A DNA stretch of 64,000 nucleotides from Eubacteriales bacterium (GCA_045658965.1 JAZOVZ010000099.1:832-64831), one strand, 5' to 3'. Counted from the stretch's first letter, positions 8,203 to 17,749 are shown. Made by a program: numbers and translations. The notes: generated by a model not told the origin, from the letters alone.

Positions 8203-9115
8203 TCTCCCAATCGGTCACATGGTAGGAAAAGCCACTCTCGCGCCTTGTGATGCCCACGTACGCACCGAACATTTTGCAATCATGCAAAAGGCGCAGACCC
8301 GTGCGGCACAAGAGTTCCTCAACAGACGAAGCGTGCGCACTCGCCACCAAGGGCACACCGCAGTTTTGCACCGAGGCAAGCGCGAGCGCCTCTTGATAAT
8401 CCCCGATCTCATCGCAGATCATAACCTGCGCGTTCATGGTGCGGCAGGCGATCTGCACGCCAAGACAGCGCGGATACCCCACCAGCACGTCAAGACAGAG
8501 TGCCGCGCCCGTTTGCAAAAACGGCATTTCTCCGCGCGTGTCAATGACCACCACGCGCCGTGGGTCTTCACCCGAGGCAAGCGCGCATGCCACACCGCGC
8601 AGCAGCGTGGTCTTACCGACGCCGGGCGGCGAATAGATCAGCACGCCCTTGGTATAGCGGAATTTCTGCATGAGATTGCAGATCTCCCTGCCGCTCACGG
8701 CAAAATGCGCGGGAATACGGATGCACAAACCCGATACGTCATACACCCCGATCACCTCGCCCTGCTCGCAAGCAGCCCTACCGCACACACCTACGCGCAC
8801 GCCGCCGTCCAGCGTCAGATACCCTTCTGCAATGGTGGGAGCGTGGGAATACAGCGATCCGCCGCACATGCGCGTCAAGGTCGCGGTCATTTCCTGCGCG
8901 CTAAGCACCGTGCGCAACAAAATATTGCGCCCGCCTGCCACCACGCTGGCGCATCTGCCCGTATGCAGCCGTATCTCCTCAATATGCTCGGGCAAATGCC
9001 CCGCATACAGCTCGGATACAAGCCGCTCAGGGAGCATCCTGATCACACTCGGCGGCAGATACGTGCGCTTCTCCACACTCGCGTCCTCTGCCCTGTTGAC
9101 CATCACGCTGCGCAT
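8183..9115 (-). CDS. spoIIIAA: Stage III sporulation protein AA (AAA ATPase)
   Basis: 'EEIRL', 'GYLTLDGGVRVGVCG', Walker A SPPGVGKTTLLR, 'ICDEIG'. Confidence 0.93.
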   Translation of the reverse strand: MRSVMVNRAEDASVEKRTYLPPSVIRMLPERLVSELYAGHLPEHIEEIRLHTGRCASVVAGGRNILLRTVLSAQEMTATLTRMCGGSLYSHAPTIAEGYLTLDGGVRVGVCGRAACEQGEVIGVYDVSGLCIRIPAHFAVSGREICNLMQKFRYTKGVLIYSPPGVGKTTLLRGVACALASGEDPRRVVVIDTRGEMPFLQTGAALCLDVLVGYPRCLGVQIACRTMNAQVMICDEIGDYQEALALASVQNCGVPLVASAHASSVEELLCRTGLRLLHDCKMFGAYVGITRRESGFSYHVTDWESADACL

Positions 9116-9137
9116 ATTGCTCACCACCTTTCACAGC

Positions 9138-9166
9138 AATATATGCACACTTGTCCGCAAGTATGC
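9138..9166 (-). promoter_or_regulatory. SigE-type promoter of the spoIIIA operon
   Basis: Minus strand GCATACT-14 nt-CATATATT just upstream of the RBS; spoIIIA is SigE-dependent in B. subtilis. Confidence 0.75.
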
Positions 9167-9200
9167 GCAACACGTCCATCGGTCGCGTGTCCACCCATCG

Positions 9201-9359
9201 GTAGGGCGGGGCTTTACGTCCCGCCGCCGATTTTGCAATCCGTCTACCCGGTAGGGTGGGCTTTACGTCCCGCCGCCGATTACGCAATCCGTCTGCCGGT
9301 AGGGCGGGGCTTTACGTCCCGCCGCCCGTCACGCAATCCGTCCGCCGGTAGGGCGGGGC
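9201..9359 (+). repeat. Tandem GTAG-type REP array (three full units plus one partial, period 48-50 bp)
   Basis: GTAG-GGCGGG-gctttacgt-CCCGCC units start at 9201, 9251, 9299 and 9348. Confidence 0.88.
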
Positions 9360-9368
9360 AAACAAACA

Positions 9369-9397
9369 AAAAAGCCCCATCTTTGATGGAGCTTTTT
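9369..9397 (-). terminator. Intrinsic terminator
   Basis: AAAAAGCcCCATC-ttt-GATGGaGCTTTTT downstream of gene 9406..9864. Confidence 0.7.
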
Positions 9398-9405
9398 CTC
9401 TTGAT

Positions 9406-9864
9406 TCATTTTTTCGTCTTCACCCCGCGGACGCGGACGGTGAAGGTCTTTGAGCATCTTGGGCAACGCACGGTATGCTTGCCCTTTTCTCTGGGCAATC
9501 TCAGGGTTGCCTTGCACTTCGGGCAATCGCGGAACACGTGCGTGTCGGTGTCCTTATTGCCGTTATGTCTGCGGAACAGGCAACGCACCTTATATTCAAA
9601 GGCGCACCATTTGGCGTTTTCGGCTTGTCTTTTATAGATCTTACGTGAAAAGGTGCGTGTGGTCGACCAGACGCACAGCCCGATCGATACGGCGTACAGG
9701 CAAAACGAGATAATATTGCCCGCCAAGGTTCTGCCGCACAAAAGCGACACAAGCACCGAAATGCACAGCAGCACGATTGCCGCTACCGACAAGACGCGGT
9801 TCAGTCTGTCCGTACCGTAGCGTCCGTACATGAATTTATAAAGCTTTTCTTGAAAATTTGCCAT
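9406..9864 (-). CDS. Conserved clostridial membrane protein with C-terminal Zn ribbon
   Basis: 'FMYGRYGTD' N-terminus, two TMs, CPKC...CPRC. Confidence 0.85.
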   Translation of the reverse strand: MANFQEKLYKFMYGRYGTDRLNRVLSVAAIVLLCISVLVSLLCGRTLAGNIISFCLYAVSIGLCVWSTTRTFSRKIYKRQAENAKWCAFEYKVRCLFRRHNGNKDTDTHVFRDCPKCKATLRLPREKGKHTVRCPRCSKTFTVRVRGVKTKK

Positions 9865-10024
9865 GATTTCAACCTCATTTTGTCATATTGTGCGCATTAT
9901 AGCACACAAATATGAACCGAGCGTGAAAGAATCGGGATGCTTTGGTAACGGATACGAAAATTTTGATATAAAAGCAAGGCGGTTCCCCCGCAACAAACAC
10001 CAAAACGACTCGAATACGCGCTGC

Positions 10025-10256
10025 AAAGGCGTCCCCCGGGGGGAAGCTGGCGCCGTAGGCGACTGAAGGGGAACGCGAAAGCTTGGGATTGAATTATTAT
10101 ACCCCAACGGACAACCGTACCGTTTAGTCCGCAACTCCCCTTCAGTCGCTGCGCGACAGCGTCTCGCTGCGGCTCGGTCACGCCACGGTTCTGACAGTCC
10201 GCCGGACTGTCATTCATTGCCGCGTCGCCGCTTCGCTACCCTCGGGGGACGCCTTT
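10025..10256. mobile_element. MITE/REP-like element, copy A, with nested 76 bp insert
   Basis: Terminal IR AAAGGCGTCCCCCG.../...CTCGGGGGACGCCTTT; closely similar to 24165-24317 apart from the insert at 10161-10236. Confidence 0.75.
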
Positions 10257-10351
10257 ATTATGCGCATCCGCACCGTTTTGTCATCCGCAACATGTTAGTC
10301 AATCCTTGAACTGTCTGCATTCCCTCAAAACGATGCCTTATGCTCCCATAA

Positions 10352-10379
10352 AGAAAAGCCCCGTTACCGAGGCTTTTCT
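10352..10379 (-). terminator. Intrinsic terminator
   Basis: AGAAAAGCC-ccgttaccga-GGCTTTTCT downstream of the CotH gene. Confidence 0.65.
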
Positions 10380-10405
10380 GTTATTTTACATATGCGGATG
10401 TGGCT

Positions 10406-10428
10406 GCGGAAGCAAGCCCCCGCCCTAC
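10406..10428 (-). repeat. Single GTAG-type REP
   Basis: Minus strand GTAGGGCGGGGGCTTGCTTCCGC, related to the 9201 array. Confidence 0.65.
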
Positions 10429-10457
10429 GGGAGCAAGCCACGCACTACGGTTATCAC

Positions 10458-13400
10458 TTAAAACAACGCCTGCGACATATTGACACTGCCGCCGGTCTTG
10501 CCGTTGCCTGCCTGGCCGTAGGTGTTTTCTCCCTGCGCTTGAATGGTACCGTCCTCGTAAAGGAACAAGCTGAACTGATATCCCGACGCAATATCCTTGA
10601 CACCGCCGTCAATCATTTTAGCGGGAGTGCCCGAGGTTGCGTTCACGCCACCCAATGCACCGCCCATGTTAGAGCCGTAGCCCCATACCGAGCCGTCGGT
10701 CTTGAGAATGAGCATATTGCTGTTGTGCAGCACCGCCTTTTTGACGCCGCCCGTCAGCTTGACCGCACCGCCCGTGCCCGTGCCCTGCCCCCAACCGTTC
10801 AGGGATCTCCAGCCTGCGTAGTACAGCTCTCCCTTGGTGTTGACAAGCACGATCTGATGCTCACCCGTGGACATATACGTAACGCCCGCAAGCAGCTTAT
10901 GCGGTGTATTGTACCTCTCCGCATCCGTACCAAACTTCTGCCAGCGGTTGTCGCCAAGCACGTAGCAGGTATGATTCGCATCGGTATAGAAGGAGTTTCT
11001 TCTGCCCGCAGCGATCAGCTTAACGCCGGTTGCAACGGTCTGGAAGGTGGTGGTGTTTCCACCGTCGTTGCGCTTACCGAGCTGCCCGTAGGTATTGGAA
11101 CCAACGCCCCAGAGCACGCCCTCCTCGTCAAGGATCAGCAAATGGTCGTGTCCGACGCTGAAGTCCTTGATCTTTTTATCAAACTCCACAAGCCCTACGC
11201 GATCATCTGCCGACGTGCCGTTTCTGCCAAGCTGTCCTGCGCTGTTAGAACCAACCGTGTACAGCTTACCGTCCAGCGTCAGATACGCCATCATGGTGTC
11301 GTTATTGTTGTTCTCCGCGTCGTTGCTGTGGCAGACCTCCACCTTGGCAACGTTCGAAGCCACCAGCGTGGGCACGGGAACGCTTGCATTTCCGGGAATA
11401 CCCAAAATGCCGTTTTTGTTCATGCCCCATGCGTACAAGTCGCCTGATTCTGTCAGATAATAAGACGAATGCGCGCTGGCGGTAATGCCGCTCTGCACGC
11501 CCGCTACGGGTGTTTGCGCACCGTTGGAGCGGGTATTGACCATCACCGTGCCCGAGGAGGATACGGTAAATTCGGCACTGTTGCCCTGCACGGTCTGCAT
11601 ATCGCCGATTGAGGGCATAAACACGATAGAGGAAACGCTGTATCCCTCCTTTGCCGTTGCGCTGACCGTAAAGGTCACGTTCTTGGCATCGGGCTGCATG
11701 TCAAAGACGTACTCCGTACCCGCGTTCTCTACCGTCTCACCGTTAAAGGAGACCTCGGCGCGTTCGGGATTAAAGCTGACCACGATTTTTTTCTCGGTGC
11801 CGATCTCCAGATCCTCAGCCGAAATGCCGAAATATCTGCACAGCATGGGAATCACGTACTGCTCTCTGTTGCGCACAAACTGATACATATTATCGATTGA
11901 GGTGCGGTACTGCTGCTCGCTCGCGCCCCAGCGCTTACTTTGCAGCTCAACCAACGGCTCTCGCTGTGCCACAACGGCATCCAGCTCTGCCTCTAAAAAT
12001 TCGGGGGAATAGATGCGATCCACCACGTAGGCAAAGCGCGAAATAAAGGTTTGCTTAAAGCCCGCATTCTTGCAAAGCCCGTGCATGATGGTGCCTACCA
12101 CCGTGCCCGTGGAATCGATCCAGCCAAAGAAATCGGCTCTTTCCGTGGTATCGTTTTCCCTTGGGAAATAAGAAATACCCATATCCATATCCAAGAGCGT
12201 AAAGTGCCACTTGGTATCCACGCTGCCCTCGGTGCGGTTCTTGAACACCTTGATATTGTTTTCGGGCCAGTCGCGTGCATTGAAGAACAAACGAGCAACG
12301 TACATATCCATAAAGGAGTTTACGTCCAGCCGCTCGGCTACGTACTGATAGTGCTCCTCTTGTGAAAGATCGTGCGTACGGATATAATGCACGATCGCAT
12401 TGAACTCGTCCGCATCCGCCTGCGTGGACTCCATGGGAATAAAGGGAGCACCGGGATTGCCGCTAAGCACCAGCGCATCGTAGTCACTTTCGATGATGGC
12501 GACCTCATCCTTATTCGCGCCCGTATGGGACTCCACGTACTCGGGGCTGTAACGCTCACGCGCATTGTAAACGCCCCAGAATTCACCGTTGATAAACAGC
12601 AGCACGGGTGCGTACGCCATGGTATACACGTCCAATTCACGCGATACGCGCTGCATATATGCGTCACGGATAAAGGAATCCATGCAGTCGTTGCCCGAAT
12701 TACGGAGCAACAGACGCGAGAAATCGGTAATGGCGTGTCCTTGGTCATCACGGGCGTAGCCGTCGAACAGATCGTAATTGAGATCCCCATCCGTACCGAC
12801 TGCCGTATTGTTTGCACTCTTATAGTACAGACGCATGGACTTCATGGGCCAACCGGACGAGCCGTGTCCGCTGATGGCAAGCTCCACGTACGAGCTGCCT
12901 TGGCGCTCACCGTCGGGCGAGAATACCTCCATCATGCCGGTCTGGCGCGTATTACCGTTGCCGCCCGTGCTGTGATAGTGGGTATAAAAGCCTTGGCTGC
13001 CGTAGATCAGATTTTTGTCCATCGACAAGGACATCATGGTCACACCGTAGTCATAAAAGGTTTCGGAAATGAAATAGGTATTGGTAAAGACGTCCGAATG
13101 GGTAAATCCATCACTTGCATATGCCTTGATCACGTAGCCGCCGGGAAGCGATTTGCTGCTTGTACCAAAGCCGTGAGCGCTGCCGCCCTTAATGGTGTCT
13201 CCGATAGGCATATCCGAGCTGTCGGTCAGATAGATGGGGCCTGTATATTCCTTACCCTTTGCTTTGGGATCCGTGCCGTCGGTGGTATAGTAGATCTTAT
13301 ACCCCTCCTTAGCACTCAGCTCAAGTGAAAACTCCTCCTTATAAATCCCCGCGTCCTTGGAGAACTGCACTTCGAAAACGCGAGAACCGACCACGGTATT

Positions 13401-14222
13401 GCCGCCTTGGCTGCTCTCGGGGCATACCTGCTCCAGCTGTGCGGTGGTCGCCTCATTCAAATTGACCTTATGGAAGCCGCTGTAATTTTTGAGTGCCGTA
13501 CGCACTGCAACCTTGCTCTTGGACATGTTATCCACGGCATAATGGCTGTTATAGCCAAGCTCTGCGGCAACGAAATACGAAACGGTGCCGTCAATGTTTT
13601 CCACAAGCGTAGCCTCATCAATATCCTGCCCCTTGGGTGCAAGAGAAAGCTGCACGTTGTTGTTGTCCAAGATCACCGCCCATTCGGCATCGTACGATTC
13701 AATGGACAAAACGGCAAACGACGCGTCATAAGCCTCACCGTTCTTTTCGCGTGCCGCCTGCATGCGGATCAGATAATAGCCACCGGGCGCAATGCTTGCA
13801 TCCTTGGGGAAGGTAAATTGCCTGTAGCCATCCCCCGTCTCCTCGCGGTAGTACAGCGCGGCATCCGTCAAGAAGACTCTCTCGGTGCTTGTATTGTACA
13901 ACTGGATAAAGCCGTGCCCCACGGCAGCGTCCTTATTCTGTCCCGTGCCGTATACGGCAGAGATCAGTACGTCCTTGAATTGCTTGGCAACGTCATATTG
14001 GGGATCGTCAGGCTGCAGGATCTCGTCACCCGTCGTCTGCTCCTCCCCGGGTCGGTTCGCGCCATCACCGGGCTGCGTGGACTGCTCGGGATCACTTGTG
14101 CCGTCCTCGGTGGTCGTGCCGTCGGGTGGCGTATTCGGCTGGCAGGCAGCCAACGCGCCCACCAAAAATATCAAAATCAAGAAAAGTGAAAGTACGGCGT
14201 TGAAAGATATTCTGTGTTTCAT
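10458..14222 (-). CDS. CotH kinase-family lipoprotein with lamin-tail-like, Fn3-associated and C-terminal RCC1-repeat domains
   Basis: Lipobox LAAC; 'LISAVYG..FIQLYN' (LTD-like); 'IYYTTDGTDP'; CotH motifs 'LLRNSGND', 'INGEFWGVY..RER', 'DWPENN', 'DMD'; RCC1 repeats 'GSNxxGQLG'. Confidence 0.85.
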   Translation of the reverse strand: MKHRISFNAVLSLFLILIFLVGALAACQPNTPPDGTTTEDGTSDPEQSTQPGDGANRPGEEQTTGDEILQPDDPQYDVAKQFKDVLISAVYGTGQNKDAAVGHGFIQLYNTSTERVFLTDAALYYREETGDGYRQFTFPKDASIAPGGYYLIRMQAAREKNGEAYDASFAVLSIESYDAEWAVILDNNNVQLSLAPKGQDIDEATLVENIDGTVSYFVAAELGYNSHYAVDNMSKSKVAVRTALKNYSGFHKVNLNEATTAQLEQVCPESSQGGNTVVGSRVFEVQFSKDAGIYKEEFSLELSAKEGYKIYYTTDGTDPKAKGKEYTGPIYLTDSSDMPIGDTIKGGSAHGFGTSSKSLPGGYVIKAYASDGFTHSDVFTNTYFISETFYDYGVTMMSLSMDKNLIYGSQGFYTHYHSTGGNGNTRQTGMMEVFSPDGERQGSSYVELAISGHGSSGWPMKSMRLYYKSANNTAVGTDGDLNYDLFDGYARDDQGHAITDFSRLLLRNSGNDCMDSFIRDAYMQRVSRELDVYTMAYAPVLLFINGEFWGVYNARERYSPEYVESHTGANKDEVAIIESDYDALVLSGNPGAPFIPMESTQADADEFNAIVHYIRTHDLSQEEHYQYVAERLDVNSFMDMYVARLFFNARDWPENNIKVFKNRTEGSVDTKWHFTLLDMDMGISYFPRENDTTERADFFGWIDSTGTVVGTIMHGLCKNAGFKQTFISRFAYVVDRIYSPEFLEAELDAVVAQREPLVELQSKRWGASEQQYRTSIDNMYQFVRNREQYVIPMLCRYFGISAEDLEIGTEKKIVVSFNPERAEVSFNGETVENAGTEYVFDMQPDAKNVTFTVSATAKEGYSVSSIVFMPSIGDMQTVQGNSAEFTVSSSGTVMVNTRSNGAQTPVAGVQSGITASAHSSYYLTESGDLYAWGMNKNGILGIPGNASVPVPTLVASNVAKVEVCHSNDAENNNNDTMMAYLTLDGKLYTVGSNSAGQLGRNGTSADDRVGLVEFDKKIKDFSVGHDHLLILDEEGVLWGVGSNTYGQLGKRNDGGNTTTFQTVATGVKLIAAGRRNSFYTDANHTCYVLGDNRWQKFGTDAERYNTPHKLLAGVTYMSTGEHQIVLVNTKGELYYAGWRSLNGWGQGTGTGGAVKLTGGVKKAVLHNSNMLILKTDGSVWGYGSNMGGALGGVNATSGTPAKMIDGGVKDIASGYQFSLFLYEDGTIQAQGENTYGQAGNGKTGGSVNMSQALF

Positions 14223-14360
14223 GGATATCCTCCTTGCAAAGCGAATTTATATCAAAAAAGTCATCATCATTTTGTCGGTCTTTCATTATATCATAAATTC
14301 GTAAAATTGTAAATAGTTTACCATGCCGAAATTGTAAATTCTGCCAAAATTCACACCAAA

Positions 14361-14376
14361 TGTGATATTTGTCACA
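14361..14376. promoter_or_regulatory. Palindromic operator TGTGA-N6-TCACA (Crp/Fnr- or Rex-like)
   Basis: TGTGATATTTGTCACA, about 140 bp upstream of the CotH gene start. Confidence 0.45.
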
Positions 14377-14390
14377 TAAAACGCATCAAA

Positions 14391-14424
14391 AAAGAGGTCT
14401 GCCCCTCAATGGGTAGACCTCTTT
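14391..14424 (-). terminator. Intrinsic terminator
   Basis: AAAGAGGTCTgCCC-ctcaat-GGGtAGACCTCTTT after the SBP gene. Confidence 0.75.
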
Positions 14425-14437
14425 GTACTGTTTTACT

Positions 14438-15964
14438 TTAATTCATCTTTTCATACGCGGCGATCAGCTTATCCAACGATTTTTGGAACGCCTTTTGCTG
14501 CTGCGTCAGCCAAGTGGCAACCGTGCCGGATTGCTGATCCAGCAAAATGCCGAAATACTGCACCTTGCTTCCAAGCTCACCGATCAGATAATTACTGCCG
14601 AAATCCAGAGTCTTGCTTTCCCAGATCAGCATCAGCATGTCAGAGTCCTGCACGGTGTGACACACCTTGGTGGAAATACGATCCCTGTAAAGACCGTCCG
14701 AGATCTGTGCCAATGCTTCAAGAGCATAGCCCGCCAAATCGTAATTGCGCGCACTCTTAGGCACCATAACGGCAGGTGCAGCAGTGGAAACGAAGGCTTG
14801 GTAATTCTCCTGCTCCTCATTCAGCTTGGGATACGGCAATATGCCGTACGACAATCCCGATCCCGACCCGTACTTTTCCAGCGTATAATTCACATCCGTA
14901 CCGTAAAGCAGCGCACGCCCACTTTCGAACAGCATCTGCGGCTCCTGCTTAAAAGCATCCGTGAAAGAATGTGTGGGCAGATACGTGCAGCCGCGATCCA
15001 GAACCATTGCGTAAAACTCGTCATATGCCATCATCATGCGGTCAAGCGCGGTGTCATTGACTACGGGCAGATTTTGTGCATCCTTACCGACCAGCATAAC
15101 GTCTGCACCGCAAGCAAACGCATACGTGCGATCCCCCTCCAGAGCCAAGCCAAAGCGATCATCGCTGTCTGCCATGCCGTTTCCGTTGAGATCTGCGTAC
15201 GACATATCGACGAAAGAGTGCATCTTTGCCAGCGTCCAGCCGCCGCTGATTACGTAATCATACAGGTACACGCCCATTTCATCCGCCATCTGACTATGAA
15301 AGACAAGCATGGCGGTGAGCATATCGGAGGACGGCAACAAAGCACCTGTTGCCATGGGTACGTAATTGCCTATCGCAAGCCCCTCGTTGACGCTTGCATC
15401 CCATGCAGAACCGGTCAGATCCACGTAGGCAAGCGTGCCCAGATCAACCAGATATCCGTTCAGCGCAAGCTCCGCACCGGAATTGGCGATCTCCGCCATC
15501 ACGATATCGTAATCCGGAACACCCGCCTGCACCACTGTTTTGGTCTTATTCGCAATTTCTGTAGAACTGACATATTCGGTATTGATACGGATATTAAACG
15601 CTTCCTCAACCGCTTGATTGCGCGCATATGAGAGCTCGTGCACGAAGCTTGTCGACACATCGAGCAAACCGATATCTCTGTTAGAGCTTCCCAAAATCGT
15701 GACGGTTTCTCCCGGGAAAACATTCTCGGGCAAATCCACAGTGGGATGCTCCTCGATGAGCACGTCGGTCTCTATCCACGTTTCCTCTATCCATGTTTCT
15801 TCAACAGCCGTCTCGGGCACGACGTTACCGGGAAGGTCTATGACGTTGCCGACCGTCACCTCGTCAAACAGCTCACCCACAAGTCCGCCAAACTCCATAT
15901 CGCATGCGACAAAGCTGCAAAGCAGCACAAGGCACAACAGCGCAACGAATATTCTTTTTTGCAT
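14438..15964 (-). CDS. Extracellular solute-binding lipoprotein (carbohydrate ABC family 1-like)
   Basis: Lipobox FVAC; 'WTLAKM', 'DLNGNG..DSDDRFG', 'YGILPYPKLNEEQENY'. Confidence 0.85.
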   Translation of the reverse strand: MQKRIFVALLCLVLLCSFVACDMEFGGLVGELFDEVTVGNVIDLPGNVVPETAVEETWIEETWIETDVLIEEHPTVDLPENVFPGETVTILGSSNRDIGLLDVSTSFVHELSYARNQAVEEAFNIRINTEYVSSTEIANKTKTVVQAGVPDYDIVMAEIANSGAELALNGYLVDLGTLAYVDLTGSAWDASVNEGLAIGNYVPMATGALLPSSDMLTAMLVFHSQMADEMGVYLYDYVISGGWTLAKMHSFVDMSYADLNGNGMADSDDRFGLALEGDRTYAFACGADVMLVGKDAQNLPVVNDTALDRMMMAYDEFYAMVLDRGCTYLPTHSFTDAFKQEPQMLFESGRALLYGTDVNYTLEKYGSGSGLSYGILPYPKLNEEQENYQAFVSTAAPAVMVPKSARNYDLAGYALEALAQISDGLYRDRISTKVCHTVQDSDMLMLIWESKTLDFGSNYLIGELGSKVQYFGILLDQQSGTVATWLTQQQKAFQKSLDKLIAAYEKMN

Positions 15965-16073
15965 ACGCTTTTCCTCCTATTCGGGGTCTTTATATACATT
16001 TTAGCACATTTTGGCGCATTTGTAAAGTGCTTGATATTCCCCTCTACCTATATAGACGCCAAAAATGCAAAAA

Positions 16074-16108
16074 AGTTCCGCGAAAATTGGAAAAATTTTC
16101 GCGGAACT
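16074..16108 (-). terminator. Intrinsic terminator
   Basis: 15 bp IR AGTTCCGCGAAAATT/AATTTTCGCGGAACT with an adjacent A-tract (T-tract on the minus strand). Confidence 0.75.
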
Positions 16109-16129
16109 CAAAATTTTATTGTTTAATCA

Positions 16130-17596
16130 TCAATAATCGTAGCCGTAAGCCTCGTAGATTTCCTTGAGAAGCTTCTTGGTCTGCTTTTCATCCTTGGTGA
16201 TGTTCTTGATGATAGAGGGGCTCTTGCTGTTGAGCGAGGTCTGCACGATAGACGAGCAAGCCAGCGACTTGTGGTGGAAGTGAGTATAACCAAAGTCAAA
16301 TACCTTGTTACGGATGATCACGTCAACCATCTCAGCGGACTCGGGGTCACGCGCGGTCTTGGACTTTGCAACCTTTTCGTACAGAGTCTCGGTAACCATG
16401 TAGTAAGAGGAAGAGGACAGAACCTCCATCATATAGCCTGCCATATCCAGGTTTTCATCGGAAACGCTCTTGGGAATGATGGCAACGCAAGCAGAACCGT
16501 TTACAAAGCTCAGGTAATCTTCCTGATCCTCGTCATACTTGGGCTGAGGCAGAAGACCGAAATCGTCCTCCATGTCCTTCAGACCGATCGCGCCGGACAG
16601 GTAACTTGCGAACAGCAGGGCTCTGCCGGCCTTAAATACGTTTGCGGGTTCACCGGGCATACCGGGGTTTGCAAGATATTCCTGCACGGTTACGTGGAAG
16701 GACTGCTGGGTAACGACCAGCTCATAGATCTTGTCGTAAACCGTCTGCAGTCTGTCGGTGTTTGCCTCGTATACGGGCAGGTGATCCTCGTCAAAGGAGA
16801 ACATGGTGCAGCCTGCGCCGAAGAAGAAGTTGTAGTCACAGTCAAGCGACCAACCTACAAGACCGTAGAAGTCGTCCTGATATGCAACCTTACCGTCACC
16901 GTTAAGGTCCTTGGTCTGATCCTTGGTCAGAAGCAGCATATCGTCAAGGGTCCAAGTGCCCTGTCTTGCATCTTCGTAAGGATACTCCAGACCGTATTCA
17001 TCAAACAGATTCTTGTTGAAAATGACTGCAGCGGTAATGGTGTTGGTGCTGGGCAGCAGGTCTCCGCACACCATCAGCATGCTGTCACCGATCATAAAGC
17101 CGTTCTTGCAGTCCTGGTCCCACCAAGGCTGGTCAAAGTTCACGTGCTCCAGGTCGTTGAGCTTATAGAGGTTGTTGCCAAGCGCCAGGTTGGTTGCAGC
17201 ATCAACCATGTGCTGGAAAACGATGTGGTATTCACCGGTGCCTGCGGTAACGTCGGTCTTAACGTCCTGACCGAGGGTGATGTAGTCCTCCACGTGCAAG
17301 CCGTTGATCTCAATGCCATAGTAGCTTTCGATCATGTCGTTTCTTCTGTAAACAGCGTCCTCAAGCGGGTCGGTGGAGTTTTCCTCGGGACCGATATTGG
17401 TGGCACTATTACTGAGAATGACAAGCTCCTTGCCCTTGTAAGCATCCGAAAATGCAAGGTCGGGGCTGACCCAGTGAGACTCTTCCTCGGATACACCCTC
17501 GGAGGAATTCTCGTCCTGGTTTGCGTCAACGCAAGAAGCCAGCATAGCGATCATCATAACGCCGCACAAAAGCAGAACTAAAAGCTTTTTGTACAT
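16130..17596 (-). CDS. Extracellular solute-binding lipoprotein
   Basis: Lipobox LASC; 'GTWTLDDM', 'DLNGDG', 'FGLLPQPKYDEDQEDY'. Confidence 0.88.
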   Translation of the reverse strand: MYKKLLVLLLCGVMMIAMLASCVDANQDENSSEGVSEEESHWVSPDLAFSDAYKGKELVILSNSATNIGPEENSTDPLEDAVYRRNDMIESYYGIEINGLHVEDYITLGQDVKTDVTAGTGEYHIVFQHMVDAATNLALGNNLYKLNDLEHVNFDQPWWDQDCKNGFMIGDSMLMVCGDLLPSTNTITAAVIFNKNLFDEYGLEYPYEDARQGTWTLDDMLLLTKDQTKDLNGDGKVAYQDDFYGLVGWSLDCDYNFFFGAGCTMFSFDEDHLPVYEANTDRLQTVYDKIYELVVTQQSFHVTVQEYLANPGMPGEPANVFKAGRALLFASYLSGAIGLKDMEDDFGLLPQPKYDEDQEDYLSFVNGSACVAIIPKSVSDENLDMAGYMMEVLSSSSYYMVTETLYEKVAKSKTARDPESAEMVDVIIRNKVFDFGYTHFHHKSLACSSIVQTSLNSKSPSIIKNITKDEKQTKKLLKEIYEAYGYDY

Positions 17597-17709
17597 AAGT
17601 ATGTCCTTCTTTCTTATAAATATTTTTATACAAGTAATATTGTACCATAAAAACCATTGGTTGTCAAGACAAAGTTTCGGGGGCTATTTTGTGCAACTTG
17701 CACGATAAA

Positions 17710-17739
17710 AAGGAATCCCCTGTAAACAAGGGATTCCTT
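17710..17739 (-). terminator. Intrinsic terminator
   Basis: AAGGAATCCC...GGGATTCCTT hairpin. Confidence 0.7.
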
Positions 17740-17749
17740 GATGGATCGA

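Noticed and set aside
9201-9359. Possible CRISPR array
   Set aside because: The spacers are short and nearly identical to each other, the repeat has GTAG-REP architecture, and no cas genes are present.
9863-10217. Short ORFs overlapping the MITE-like elements (also 23803-24334)
   Set aside because: The shared peptide text (GVPRGEAGAVGD) is simply translation of the repeat, with no RBS or coding signature.
10458-14222. CotH protein as a spore-coat component of the spoIIIA locus
   Set aside because: It has a lipoprotein signal and its own terminator, is separated from spoIIIA by another gene and repeats, and I saw no sporulation-sigma promoter upstream.
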